Source of the DNA: an uncultured Fibrobacterota bacterium
GTDB taxonomy: Bacteria; Fibrobacterota; Chitinivibrionia; Chitinivibrionales; FEN-1185
Reading direction: 5' to 3'
DNA length: 64,000 nt
Assembly: GCA_963729895.1 (NCBI GenBank)
Contig: CAVSQB010000025.1
Coordinates: forward strand, 1 to 64,000
Shown: positions 44,830 to 54,349 of the stretch, piece by piece
How the letters are laid out: each line of letters starts with the position of its first letter
How positions within the stretch are numbered: the stretch's first letter is position 1
Made by a program: the position numbers and the translations under genes
Notes under the pieces: model-generated
Told to the model about the DNA's origin: nothing
The model's input: the letters and a program-made list of their open reading frames with translations, nothing else
The model's database searches: none

Positions 44830-47490
44830 TTATTCCAACGCTGCGAGATTAGCCTTGAGTTTTCCCAAATTCTCAATAATCCCTGCATACTTTTCTTCTT
44901 CCTTCTTGACAACTTCCGGCGGCGCCTTGTCGCTAAAACTCGGGTTCGCAAGCCGCGCCTTTGCTCCGTGGGCCAGACCCTCGGCTTTTGCGATTTCCTT
45001 GGAAATCCGGTCGCGTTCCACCTGCTTGTCGATGAGCCCGGCAAGTTCCAAATATACCTGATGTCCCATGACCACGGCCTGGCCGGAAAATCCCGGACGC
45101 TGTGCCGACATGTCAACCACGGTCTCAAAGAGGCGGCAAAAGGTGTTGATCTCATTGACATGCGGCTTGAGAAGGCCAGCGGCTTGGGGACTTCCGGGAA
45201 TGATGATCGCGCGTCCTTTCTTGTCCGGAGGAATGTTGTTTTCCGAACGAATGGTGCGAATGGCCGTTATGATGTCTTTGAGCAGTGAGAATTCCGCTTC
45301 GATTGTCGGATTGATCCGGGATGTGTCGGATACAGGGAAAGATGCCTTCATGATAGTCTCGTTGTCAAGCAGTGCCGGGTATTCGATTTTCTCACGCAAC
45401 GCGGACCAGATTTCCTCTGTAATAAACGGCATGAGCGGGTGCAGCATCTTGAGAATGGAGCCAAGCGCCCATGAGCATACGTTGAGGGCGTTTGCCGAGC
45501 GCGCCTGATCGCCGCTTTGGTACAAATCCGCCTTTTTCGCTTCAATATACCAGTCGCAGAAGTCGTGCCAGGTAAAGTCGTACAGGCAATGCGCTGCCTC
45601 GTTGAGCCGGTACGACAACAGGGCCGAGGTCACGTCGGAGATGGTCGCATTGAGCCGTGACAGTATCCACGCGTCGAACGGAGCGAGCGCTTCTTTCGCA
45701 GGGAGGGCACCAAACGAGTAGTGCGCCTCGATGTTGTCCAGAAGAAAGCGCGACGCGTTCCACAGTTTGTTGCCGAAGTTCCTGCCGAGGTCGAACGTGT
45801 CCTGTGTGAGAAACACGTCCGCGCCCTGTGAAGTTATCATGATAAGCGAAAAGCGCAACGCGTCCGCACCGGACTTGGAGATCACCTCGATCGGATCGAT
45901 AGCGTTGCCCAGCGACTTGCTCATTTTCCTGCCGCTCTTGTCCCGCACCGTCGCATTGAGAAATACATCCGTAAAGGGCAGTTTTCCCGTGAAATGCAGC
46001 CCGGCCATGATCATGCGGGCCACCCAGAAGAAAAGAATTTCCGGCGCAGTGACGAGAACGTCGGTGGGGTAGAATTTATCCAGGACTTTTGTCGTGTCCG
46101 GCCAACCCATGGTGGAGAACGGCCACAGCCACGACGAGAACCATGTGTCAAGAACATCGTCGTCCTGGATCAGGTTTGTGCCTGCGCAGCCGGGGCACGC
46201 GGCCGGCGTTTCTTCGGCAACAACGGTTTTATTGCAGTCTTTGCAATACCACACCGGAATCCGGTGTCCCCACCAGATCTGGCGGGAGATGCACCAGTCG
46301 CGGATGTTCTCCATCCAGTCGATGTACGTCTTTCTCCAACGTTGCGGATAGAATTTCACCTTGTCTTCGACAACCGCCGCCAGGGCGCCCTGGGCAAGCG
46401 GCTTCATTTTCACAAACCACTGATTTGAGTAATACGGCTCCACAACCGTGTGGCAGCGGTAGCAATGGCCCACCGCGTATGTGTGGTCTTCTATCTTGTC
46501 AACAAGGCCGAGCGCCTCCATGTCCACCACGACTTCCTTGCGGCAGGCAAACCGGTCTGTTCCGACGTATTTCTCAGGAATGGGGCCGGTCATGTGCCCG
46601 GTTTCGTCCATGATCACGATGGGCGTCATGCGATGTCGAAGGCCCATCTGGAAATCGTTCGGGTCGTGGGCCGGCGTCACCTTCACCGCTCCAGTGCCAA
46701 ATTCGCGGTCAACGAAGTCATCGGCAATGACAGGGATTTCTCGGTTCACAAGAGGCAGAACAAGCATTTTTCCGACAAGACTTATGTATCGGTCGTCTAC
46801 GGGATTCACCGCAACCGCGGTGTCGCCGAGCATAGTCTCGGGCCGGGTGGTAGCAACGGTCACGAACCCGCCGCCTTCCCTGAAGGGATATTTGAAGTAA
46901 TACAGCTTGCCATTGGATTCCTTATGCTCCGCCTCTTCGTCGGAGAGCGCGGTCTGGCACCGCGGGCACCAGTTGATGATGTATTTGCCGCGGTAAACGA
47001 GTCCCTCGTTGTACAGCTGCACAAACACCCTGCGTACGGCGCGCGAAAGCCCTTGGTCCATGGTGAAGCGCTCGCGGTCCCAATCGCACGAAGAGCCGAG
47101 TTTCTTGAGCTGTTTGGTTATTGTCGCGTGGTACTGTTCCTTCCATTTCCATACTTCCGCGACAAATGCCTCGCGGCCGAGGTCGTGGCGGGTCTTCTTC
47201 TCCTGAGCCAATTTCTTTTCAACCACATTCTGCGTTGCGATGCCGGCATGGTCGGTGCCCGGCATCCAGAGAACTTCGCGTCCGCACATGCGGTTATACC
47301 GGATCAGAATGTCCTGTATCGTGTTGTTAAGCGCATGCCCCATGTGAAGGATTCCGGTCACGTTAGGCGGCGGAATAACAATGGAGTACTTGGGCTTCGC
47401 CGAATGCTCGTCTGCGTGAAAATGCTTGTTGCGAATCCAGAAGGAATACCATTTGTCTTCGACAAGGGCCGGGTTGTACTGTTTTTCCAT
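44830..47490 (-). CDS. valS: Valine--tRNA ligase
   Basis: PPPNVTGILHMGH, DHAGIATQ, ATTRPET, DWCISRQIWWGHRIP, KMSKS, C-terminal coiled coil. Confidence 0.98.
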   Translation of the reverse strand: MEKQYNPALVEDKWYSFWIRNKHFHADEHSAKPKYSIVIPPPNVTGILHMGHALNNTIQDILIRYNRMCGREVLWMPGTDHAGIATQNVVEKKLAQEKKTRHDLGREAFVAEVWKWKEQYHATITKQLKKLGSSCDWDRERFTMDQGLSRAVRRVFVQLYNEGLVYRGKYIINWCPRCQTALSDEEAEHKESNGKLYYFKYPFREGGGFVTVATTRPETMLGDTAVAVNPVDDRYISLVGKMLVLPLVNREIPVIADDFVDREFGTGAVKVTPAHDPNDFQMGLRHRMTPIVIMDETGHMTGPIPEKYVGTDRFACRKEVVVDMEALGLVDKIEDHTYAVGHCYRCHTVVEPYYSNQWFVKMKPLAQGALAAVVEDKVKFYPQRWRKTYIDWMENIRDWCISRQIWWGHRIPVWYCKDCNKTVVAEETPAACPGCAGTNLIQDDDVLDTWFSSWLWPFSTMGWPDTTKVLDKFYPTDVLVTAPEILFFWVARMIMAGLHFTGKLPFTDVFLNATVRDKSGRKMSKSLGNAIDPIEVISKSGADALRFSLIMITSQGADVFLTQDTFDLGRNFGNKLWNASRFLLDNIEAHYSFGALPAKEALAPFDAWILSRLNATISDVTSALLSYRLNEAAHCLYDFTWHDFCDWYIEAKKADLYQSGDQARSANALNVCSWALGSILKMLHPLMPFITEEIWSALREKIEYPALLDNETIMKASFPVSDTSRINPTIEAEFSLLKDIITAIRTIRSENNIPPDKKGRAIIIPGSPQAAGLLKPHVNEINTFCRLFETVVDMSAQRPGFSGQAVVMGHQVYLELAGLIDKQVERDRISKEIAKAEGLAHGAKARLANPSFSDKAPPEVVKKEEEKYAGIIENLGKLKANLAALE

Positions 47491-47632
47491 GAAGCGCCGT
47501 CTCCGGAACCGTGAGGGAGGTGGAAAACTATACATTATCAATTGAAGGGGCGAATTCCACGAAAAGGACCGATAAAATATACAATAGCGCTGGCGATTTT
47601 GAGGATTTTTAAAATAGGATATGGACGTTCCC

Positions 47633-47674
47633 CGCTGTAGTAGAGACGCACGGCTGTGCGTCTCTACTACAGCG
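47633..47674. repeat. GTAG-type REP palindrome
   Basis: CGCTGTAGTAGAGACGCAC-GGCT-GTGCGTCTCTACTACAGCG, perfect 19-bp arms; 28-bp core differs by 1 nt from the copy inside the RAYT gene. Confidence 0.88.
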
Positions 47675-47688
47675 AGCGGCAGGCCGTC

Positions 47689-49149
47689 CTATTTTTGTTT
47701 CTTTTTCATCGCGGCATACTCGGCGTTTACCGATGAGTCAATCGCAACGAACGAAGCGGTAAACACGTTCCTGGCGAGAAATGCCTGATGATCGGTGTAT
47801 TCGTCATAGGCTTTCTGTATTTGTTTTAGATCAAGCAGGACATAAATATCGATCATGATCTTGTTCGCTTTCACCTGGTTTTCCTTGAGCATCTCATCTT
47901 CGCGCTTCTTTTTGAGTTCCTGCGAGACGCGCATGTTGGCGAGCCGGACCTGCTCAGTAGAGGTAAGCCGCGCATTGCCCTCCTGGGCCAGCTTGGCGCT
48001 GTCCGCCTTTTCCTGGGCCTTCTTTTTTGCCGCGCCCACAAGATCGGAAAACAGCGAGCTGGAATCGTCGGTGGCAGGGGCAGAAATGGACGCGAGTTGC
48101 TTGACAACCGCAGTGTCCTGCAGTTTGCGGTACGCCATGGCTTTTTCAAGAATGGCGAGTTCCATGTTCCCGATTTTCTCGGGGAGCACCCCGAGTTTCT
48201 TGAGTACGCCTTCGAGGTAATCGTTGGCCGCCACAACGCCCTGGTCCCTGAGTATCACGGTATTCACACGGACAAGCGAGTCTTCCTTGCGTTCCAGGGA
48301 CTCGCGAAGACGTTTGTTGCGGAAGTAATACCGGTCCCATTCGGATTTTGTCACGAGGTCCTGGATGCCGCTGACACGGTCCTCAAGCACGCCAAGCGCG
48401 TTTCTCGCATCGCTGAAATCGTTTTGTCTTATGAGAATCTCGGCGGTGTTCATGTTGCTGGTTATCAATTCCCGCTCGTTGCCGAGGTTGACCTTTGCCT
48501 GCACTTTCGCCGCATACAGGCTGTATTGGGTGGGGGAAATGCCAAGTTGTTCCCGGTTGTTCTTGAGATACACGAGTTCCTGCCATGCAAGGTCGAAATC
48601 CCCCTGCGTCAAGGCCTTTTCGAGGGACACAACGGCTTCGCGGCAGATGGTCTTCTTTCTGTCGTCAAGCGCCGTCCCGAATTCGAACGCCTTTGCCCGG
48701 TCCACCGACAGGGCCTGGTGGTACAGGTCGGCGAGTCTCGAAAAATCCGGCCGCCGCTTGCCGATTTCGGTGTTGAACGGGCCCACGAGGTCGTTCACCT
48801 GTTTCTGGCGTCTCTGGTTCTTTTCAAGCAGCATGCCGCTTTCCTCAAGGTAAATCTGGCTCTCGAGTTCGCCCACTTTCCACAGGATGTATTTCTCGTT
48901 GGGATTGCCTCGTGCGATGCTCTTGAGGCGCGCCGCTGTTTGTTTCGCAGACGAAATGGCGTCTTCCATTTTCATAGACATGCCCGAAACTTCGGCCGCG
49001 GCATTAAGGTTGTAATACGCGCGCTGAATGGTGGTGTCCACATAGGTCTGGCTGGTGTATTGCTGGGCGAGCGTGCAGGCGGCACACAGGAGCAGGACGG
49101 CACACGCACATTCTGCCATGCACATGCGGCTGCGGGGGTGTCTTCTCAT
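47689..49149 (-). CDS. Secreted alpha-helical/coiled-coil hypothetical protein
   Basis: 486-aa ORF with signal-peptide-like N-terminus and charged helical composition; start uncertain. Confidence 0.75.
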   Translation of the reverse strand: MRRHPRSRMCMAECACAVLLLCAACTLAQQYTSQTYVDTTIQRAYYNLNAAAEVSGMSMKMEDAISSAKQTAARLKSIARGNPNEKYILWKVGELESQIYLEESGMLLEKNQRRQKQVNDLVGPFNTEIGKRRPDFSRLADLYHQALSVDRAKAFEFGTALDDRKKTICREAVVSLEKALTQGDFDLAWQELVYLKNNREQLGISPTQYSLYAAKVQAKVNLGNERELITSNMNTAEILIRQNDFSDARNALGVLEDRVSGIQDLVTKSEWDRYYFRNKRLRESLERKEDSLVRVNTVILRDQGVVAANDYLEGVLKKLGVLPEKIGNMELAILEKAMAYRKLQDTAVVKQLASISAPATDDSSSLFSDLVGAAKKKAQEKADSAKLAQEGNARLTSTEQVRLANMRVSQELKKKREDEMLKENQVKANKIMIDIYVLLDLKQIQKAYDEYTDHQAFLARNVFTASFVAIDSSVNAEYAAMKKKQK

Positions 49150-49174
49150 GGGTATAAACTAAATCATGTCGGGC

Positions 49175-49207
49175 AAAAAGCGAAACCCCGGTTTGCGCCG
49201 GGGTTTC
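49175..49207 (-). terminator. Intrinsic terminator
   Basis: GAAACCCCGG / CCGGGGTTTC stem followed on the minus strand by T5. Confidence 0.7.
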
Positions 49208-49248
49208 TGCGCCCGCATCGTTTCCGAATGCGAAAAATCATTCAGGCG

Positions 49249-50748
49249 TCATCTGCAAACGTCGATAAAGCCGCAGACCGTCTTCCCCGGCGACAGGACC
49301 CGCAGCAGATACACGCCGTTTGTCACCGGTTTCCCGAACCGGTCGGCGTAATCCCAGACAAAGGCGCCGGACGACAGCGGAAGGGATCGCACCAACCGCC
49401 CCTGCTGCGAAAAAACGCATGCCGTTGAACCGCTGGCTCCGGTACCGGTTGCCGAGATAAAACAGTGGTTGCCCGATTGCCTGACCGACATGGCGGGAAC
49501 ACGCTGACCGGCATTAGCAGGTTTGTCAAGAACCACCGGCGTTGACGACGGCCCGTACACCTCGAACTCGAACATCAAATACCCGAACCCTGAAACTCTC
49601 TTGATGCACCGGACCCGGACAAACCGGGCGTTTACGGGCGTCAGCTTGATGGGTCGTTTTTCCCAGCCCGTGCCGTCGGTGATGTGCGCAACGCTTGTCC
49701 AGCCCGTATCGTTGTCCGATGCCGCGTTTGCAACCTGGACATAATATTCCTTTCCCCCGGAATCTTCCCAGTTGAGGAATACCGAATCTATGGTATACAC
49801 GGCGCAAAGGTCAACATAGATCCAGGCCGAGTCCGGGTTCGGGTCTGTCTTATAATTGCTGCCCCACCGCGTCGACGAATCGTCGTCAAACGCGCTCGCC
49901 GCGGTCATGTCCGTGCCTTCATAGCTCGTGCATTTACCGGGCTTCTTGCAGGCAAGGTTGATTTTGCCTTTCTTGGACAATGATAGCGACGCGTCCGCGG
50001 TTGTATCCAACCCGCACGGAGACGATACGATGCACCGGAACAGGGCGCCGCTGTCGGTGAATGCGGGTACAAAGGAAAAATAGGCGCTGGTCGCCAAAGG
50101 AATCGGAAACCAGGTGGCGTCCATCAGCCGTAAATGCTGCCACTGATACGACATGTCTGTTCCGTTTGCATAAACGTTAAATGAGGTATTCAGTCCGTTG
50201 ATAAACGTCCGGTCGGCGGGGTCAGCGGCAATCACCGGGGGAATGCAGGTCGCGGCATTGCCGTACACTTCGAACTCCCAAATTGAATACGCAAAAATGG
50301 ATGCGCGCTTGTAGCCCCGCAGCCGGACGTAGCGGGCCGGTGACGGAGCAAAGGTGATGGATCTGCTTTCTCCCTGCGTACCGTTGGTGATATGCGCGAC
50401 CGTGGTCCAACCGCTGTCATTGTCGGAAGGCGTATTCGCAGTTTGAATCGCATAATCGAGCCCTGCAGCCGTTTCCCAGCTTACGAATACGGAGTCCACA
50501 CTGTAAACAACGCCGAGGTCAACGTATATCCATTCTGAATCGTCGGTTTGGCTTTCCCACCGTGTGGTGGCATCGCCGTCATTGGCCTTGGCAGGCGGGT
50601 TGTCCTCGCCGGTGCTGGAAGCTACTATTGGGCGAAACAGGGCAAGGTTTGGGCGGGCAAAGGTGCTTGAAACGAAAAATGTTGCCGCAAAGATCAGGAA
50701 TGCGGATGGAACAACGCGGATACAATGTAAGAACCGAATCGATTTCAC
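49249..50748 (-). CDS. Secreted protein with two discoidin (F5/8 type C, CBM32-like) domains, Ig linker and T9SS-type CTD
   Basis: Signal peptide; 2x NLA...A.D....TRW.S...WIYVDL...WE...ARYVR...EFEVYG; C-terminal QGRLVRSL...WD...NGVYLL. Confidence 0.85.
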   Translation of the reverse strand: MKSIRFLHCIRVVPSAFLIFAATFFVSSTFARPNLALFRPIVASSTGEDNPPAKANDGDATTRWESQTDDSEWIYVDLGVVYSVDSVFVSWETAAGLDYAIQTANTPSDNDSGWTTVAHITNGTQGESRSITFAPSPARYVRLRGYKRASIFAYSIWEFEVYGNAATCIPPVIAADPADRTFINGLNTSFNVYANGTDMSYQWQHLRLMDATWFPIPLATSAYFSFVPAFTDSGALFRCIVSSPCGLDTTADASLSLSKKGKINLACKKPGKCTSYEGTDMTAASAFDDDSSTRWGSNYKTDPNPDSAWIYVDLCAVYTIDSVFLNWEDSGGKEYYVQVANAASDNDTGWTSVAHITDGTGWEKRPIKLTPVNARFVRVRCIKRVSGFGYLMFEFEVYGPSSTPVVLDKPANAGQRVPAMSVRQSGNHCFISATGTGASGSTACVFSQQGRLVRSLPLSSGAFVWDYADRFGKPVTNGVYLLRVLSPGKTVCGFIDVCR

Positions 50749-50940
50749 GGGCCCCCCTTCCCGAAAAGCATGAAATTGATTGCATGGCCTGGGAGAATAA
50801 TATACCACAAGGTGTTGAATAAATCAGGCGAAAATACCAATTCATAACCGTTTCGGATGACATGATTTGATGCCCAGGCGGTCCAGATTTGCCGGGACGA
50901 TACGGGGTATTGGATTTTTTTGCAAATATCGTTGTCGCGA

Positions 50941-51582
50941 TCATGGCAAATACACAAACCGGGGTTGTTTTCCGGTTCTTTCGGCCTGCGTTTCCATAAC
51001 GTTTCTGTCATCGGCCCAATTTGCCGGGTTATTACGGATATATCGCCGAATTGCGAACAATTCGCGATCATTGCGGATGATGTGATCGTGAAAACGTGGT
51101 TGCCAAATGGGAACGCCGGGCATTTTGCGTGATTCGTTGATGCGTTTTGTGACGGCGGATTTGAAACCTGCCATAAATGATGATATGGATTTTTGCGTAC
51201 GGAACGCGACGCCGATTTGTGATTTTGCAATATTTGGTAGAGACGCACGGCCGTGCGTCTCTACGGTTTGAAATGAATCATTACGGGTGTGCGTTTCACC
51301 TAAATTGCGGGAATCCGATATCTGAATGATTCCGTGGAAATGATTTGGCATTACAACAAATTCATCCCGGTTCATTTCATGCCTGATTTCAAAAGATTTA
51401 TGCCATTCTTGTTCGACCATTATGCCGTATCTGTTCAACCGCATTTTCCCCTCGACTATATTCCCAAACATACATTCGCGATTGTGCGTGCACATCGTCA
51501 CGAAATACCACCCCGGCGACGAATAATCCCATTGCGGCAGGCGCGCGGATTCGATCCGGTATTTGCTGCGGAAGAGGGACAT
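50941..51582 (-). CDS. REP-associated tyrosine transposase (RAYT, HUH/Y1)
   Basis: SARLPQWDYS.PGWYFVTMCT, VVMPNHFHGII (HUH), WQPRFHDHIIRN, YIRNNPANW. Confidence 0.92.
   Translation of the reverse strand: MSLFRSKYRIESARLPQWDYSSPGWYFVTMCTHNRECMFGNIVEGKMRLNRYGIMVEQEWHKSFEIRHEMNRDEFVVMPNHFHGIIQISDSRNLGETHTRNDSFQTVETHGRASLPNIAKSQIGVAFRTQKSISSFMAGFKSAVTKRINESRKMPGVPIWQPRFHDHIIRNDRELFAIRRYIRNNPANWADDRNVMETQAERTGKQPRFVYLP
51237..51264. repeat. GTAG-type REP palindrome inside the RAYT coding sequence
   Basis: GTAGAGACGCACGGCCGTGCGTCTCTAC, perfect 28-bp palindrome, read in frame as VETHGRASL. Confidence 0.9.
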
Positions 51583-51621
51583 GGCCAATTCGATTGTGTG
51601 ATTCGTGATTATTATTTTTCC

Positions 51622-51650
51622 GTGGGGACGACGCGCCGCGGCGTCTTTAC
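51622..51650 (-). repeat. Degenerate REP upstream of RAYT
   Basis: Minus strand GTAAAGACGCCGCGGCGCGTCGTCCCCAC, imperfect palindrome starting GTA. Confidence 0.6.
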
Positions 51651-51750
51651 AAAATATATATGAGCGGGCTGGAGGCGCCAATGGCTCGGGGCCGACCGAG
51701 ACGTTGCGCACGACGCCCCAGGCAGCATTTCCGATTTTGGCGGCAAGGAA

Positions 51751-54165
51751 TTAATAATTGCGGATACAACGGACCGAATTACCTTGGCCTTTACCAATGT
51801 GATAATGATCAAACGGTGTGGTACTGCCTAAAGCAAAATACCATGCGTCTGTTGTCATGCTAGAATATTCTGTTGATGTCCACCACATACCCCAGTCTCC
51901 TAAGCTCGCAAATCCGCCCACGCTAAAGCAAATTCCTCCAGGAAGTCCAGTAAAACCTGAAGAATTCGTCGCACCGGTGTTTGGAGAATTCCAATGGGTC
52001 AATCCAGCTTCCTTGAGACTCCCGGCCGCTGAATCACCACCTCCAAGATTGGCAAAAAGGGTCCCCCATTCATCATTAGATGCTACATGCCAGCCCGAAG
52101 GAGCCAGTTTTCCAGTGTTTACAGTATACCAATTGTACAGTGCCCCATAGGGGTTCTTGTAAGAAATTGAGTCATCGTACCAGCAATATCCAGGGGTGCT
52201 CAAATTGCCCCACGCCGTGTTATCCGTCACTAAGGGAATTCCCGTCTCATCATTAAACTTCGTGGTCTTCAAATTCTCCACCATCCAAACTTGTGTCCCA
52301 ACCGTTACCTCAGTATAAATATTCCCGTCAGCATCTTGGATTATCCACTTCGCATATACTGTGATGTTGGCATTCACTACTGTGGTTGCGGTAAATTGTG
52401 TCCCACCCCCATTGACGGCAGTGTACCACCCGGCAAAAACATAGCTGGTTTTGGTTGGCGGTTGCGGCAGCGATCCAACCGAGTCTGCCGGTGATATTAC
52501 ATTCATTGTCGGTGGGTTGGCCGACACAGTAGCACCTTGACCATCAAAAGCGACAAGGTATGTGTTTGGTGTCCACTTCGCGTATAAAACCACATTTGAG
52601 GAACCTACGGCGAAAGTCCCGCCAGGGGTGCGATCCGTGCCGGTACCCGCGGCATTTGTGTTCCATCCGGCAAAGGTGTAGCCGGTCCTCGCTAGCGAAC
52701 CCGTATTGTCAAGCACCGTAACGGTCGCGCCATTGGTGTATTTGTTGGTGTCGGCCGGCGCAGCCCCGCTGGTATTATTGTTGCCGTTGTATGTCACCGT
52801 GTAAACCGGCGTCCATTTTGCGTACAGGGTGATGGACGAAGTTATGGGGGTCAGGAAATTGAATTGGATCGTAAGCGCCTGGTCCGAATACCATCCGGCA
52901 AAGACGAATCCGTTTTGCGTAGGAGGTGTTGGCGCTGTGGCTGTGTTGTTGTAGGTGACGTTCTGGCTGTCAACCGCGCTGCCGCCGTTGCTGTTGAACT
53001 TGACCGTACAGATGCTTACTGTCCATTTTGCATAGAGAGTGACATTGGCTGTGCCTATTGTGAAGGTAGCGGCCGCGGCATAGGATGTTCCGCTGCCATC
53101 CGCTGCAGTGTTCCATCCTGCAAAGGTGAAGCCGGTTTTCGCCAAGTTTCCGGTGTTGGCCTTTACCGTAACGGAGGAGTTCGGTCCGTAGGTATTTGGG
53201 TCGGTCGGCACGGTTCCGGTCGTGTTTTCGTTGCCGTCGTAGGTCACCGTACAGCCCGCGTTTTGCGTCCACTTCGCGTAGAGCGTTACGTTTGCAGTGC
53301 TCATTGTAAACGTGGCAGCTGCGGCATAGGTTGTCCCGCTTCCGTCCGCTGCTGTGTTCCAGCCTGTAAAAGTGAAGCCGATTTTCGCCAAGTTTCCGGT
53401 GTTGCCAATAACGGTAACGGTCGCTCCTTGCAGGTACGCATTAGGGTCCGTTGGCGCGCTCCCGCTCGTGCTGCCATTGCCGTTGTAGGTCACGGTATAC
53501 GTGGGGTTCTGCGTCCATTTTGCGTAGAGCGTTACATTCGCCGCGCCCATTGCAAACGTGGCGGCCGCGGCGCATGATGTTCCACTGCCATCCGCAGCGG
53601 TGTTCCATCCTGCAAAAGTGAAGCCGCTTTTCGCCAGGTTGTCGGTGTTTGCCTTTACCGTTACGCCTGCGCCCTGCTGATAGGTGTTGACGTCTGTTGG
53701 CACTGTTCCGCCTGTACTGCCGTTGCCGTCGTAAGTTACCGTGCTGGGTTTGCCTATAATTGTAATTTTGGCGGTTACCGAATAGTTGGGCTCTCCCTGA
53801 ATAACGGCAACAGCCGAAACCGTCCATGTGCCTGCGGAATGCAATGTGACGGATATCCACTGGGTGTCGGTCCATGAGGAAGGATTTCTGAACGTGACTA
53901 CTGTGTCGGTGTCCGCAGCGTTTTTTGTTATCGTAATAGTGACTGAATTTATATATTTGGGAAGATATGCCTTCACGCCGACAAGAATGACTTTGCCAAC
54001 CGTGTCGGAAACCGAATCCGTGCTGCGCTGGTCGTTCGAGTTGACCAATACGATTGAGATTGTGGCGTTTGACGCGCCAAATGGGCTGGTTGAGCCGGTG
54101 CAGGAGAGCAAGAGCGGAATGAAGATCGACGGAAGAATGAGGAGCCAAGAAAGTTTCTTGCACAT
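51751..54165 (-). CDS. Surface lipoprotein with InlB-B (Listeria-Bacteroides) repeats and C-terminal FISUMP domain
   Basis: Lipobox LLLSC; six GF/Y-x-F-x-GW...LYAKW repeats; DADGNIY.EV.VGTQVWMVENL, YGALYNWY, APSGWHV, GFTGLPGG, WWTSTE, SVRCIR. Confidence 0.92.
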   Translation of the reverse strand: MCKKLSWLLILPSIFIPLLLSCTGSTSPFGASNATISIVLVNSNDQRSTDSVSDTVGKVILVGVKAYLPKYINSVTITITKNAADTDTVVTFRNPSSWTDTQWISVTLHSAGTWTVSAVAVIQGEPNYSVTAKITIIGKPSTVTYDGNGSTGGTVPTDVNTYQQGAGVTVKANTDNLAKSGFTFAGWNTAADGSGTSCAAAATFAMGAANVTLYAKWTQNPTYTVTYNGNGSTSGSAPTDPNAYLQGATVTVIGNTGNLAKIGFTFTGWNTAADGSGTTYAAAATFTMSTANVTLYAKWTQNAGCTVTYDGNENTTGTVPTDPNTYGPNSSVTVKANTGNLAKTGFTFAGWNTAADGSGTSYAAAATFTIGTANVTLYAKWTVSICTVKFNSNGGSAVDSQNVTYNNTATAPTPPTQNGFVFAGWYSDQALTIQFNFLTPITSSITLYAKWTPVYTVTYNGNNNTSGAAPADTNKYTNGATVTVLDNTGSLARTGYTFAGWNTNAAGTGTDRTPGGTFAVGSSNVVLYAKWTPNTYLVAFDGQGATVSANPPTMNVISPADSVGSLPQPPTKTSYVFAGWYTAVNGGGTQFTATTVVNANITVYAKWIIQDADGNIYTEVTVGTQVWMVENLKTTKFNDETGIPLVTDNTAWGNLSTPGYCWYDDSISYKNPYGALYNWYTVNTGKLAPSGWHVASNDEWGTLFANLGGGDSAAGSLKEAGLTHWNSPNTGATNSSGFTGLPGGICFSVGGFASLGDWGMWWTSTEYSSMTTDAWYFALGSTTPFDHYHIGKGQGNSVRCIRNY

Positions 54166-54287
54166 AATGCAGATCTCCGGGAAAGAATTGACGGAGCGAT
54201 TTTATTGGAGGGGAATTTGGTATAAGAGAATATAATATCGGGCTACAAACAGAGTTGTGACGGGGGTCACAAATGGGGAAGGGGATC

Positions 54288-54323
54288 AAAAAAGAAGGAG
54301 GGCCTTTTGGGGAAGCCCTCCTT
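54288..54323 (-). terminator. Intrinsic terminator
   Basis: AAGGAGGGC / GCCCTCCTT stem with T6 on the minus strand. Confidence 0.7.
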
Positions 54324-54349
54324 GGTAAGAAACGTTACTGACGATGATT

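Noticed and set aside
44652..45161. trp leader peptide / 169-aa ORF upstream of trpE
   Set aside because: It overlaps valS out of frame and has no tandem Trp codons near trpE.
51751..52330. Diversity-generating retroelement targeting the FISUMP tip
   Set aside because: No reverse transcriptase or template repeat with adenine-specific mismatches in the window.
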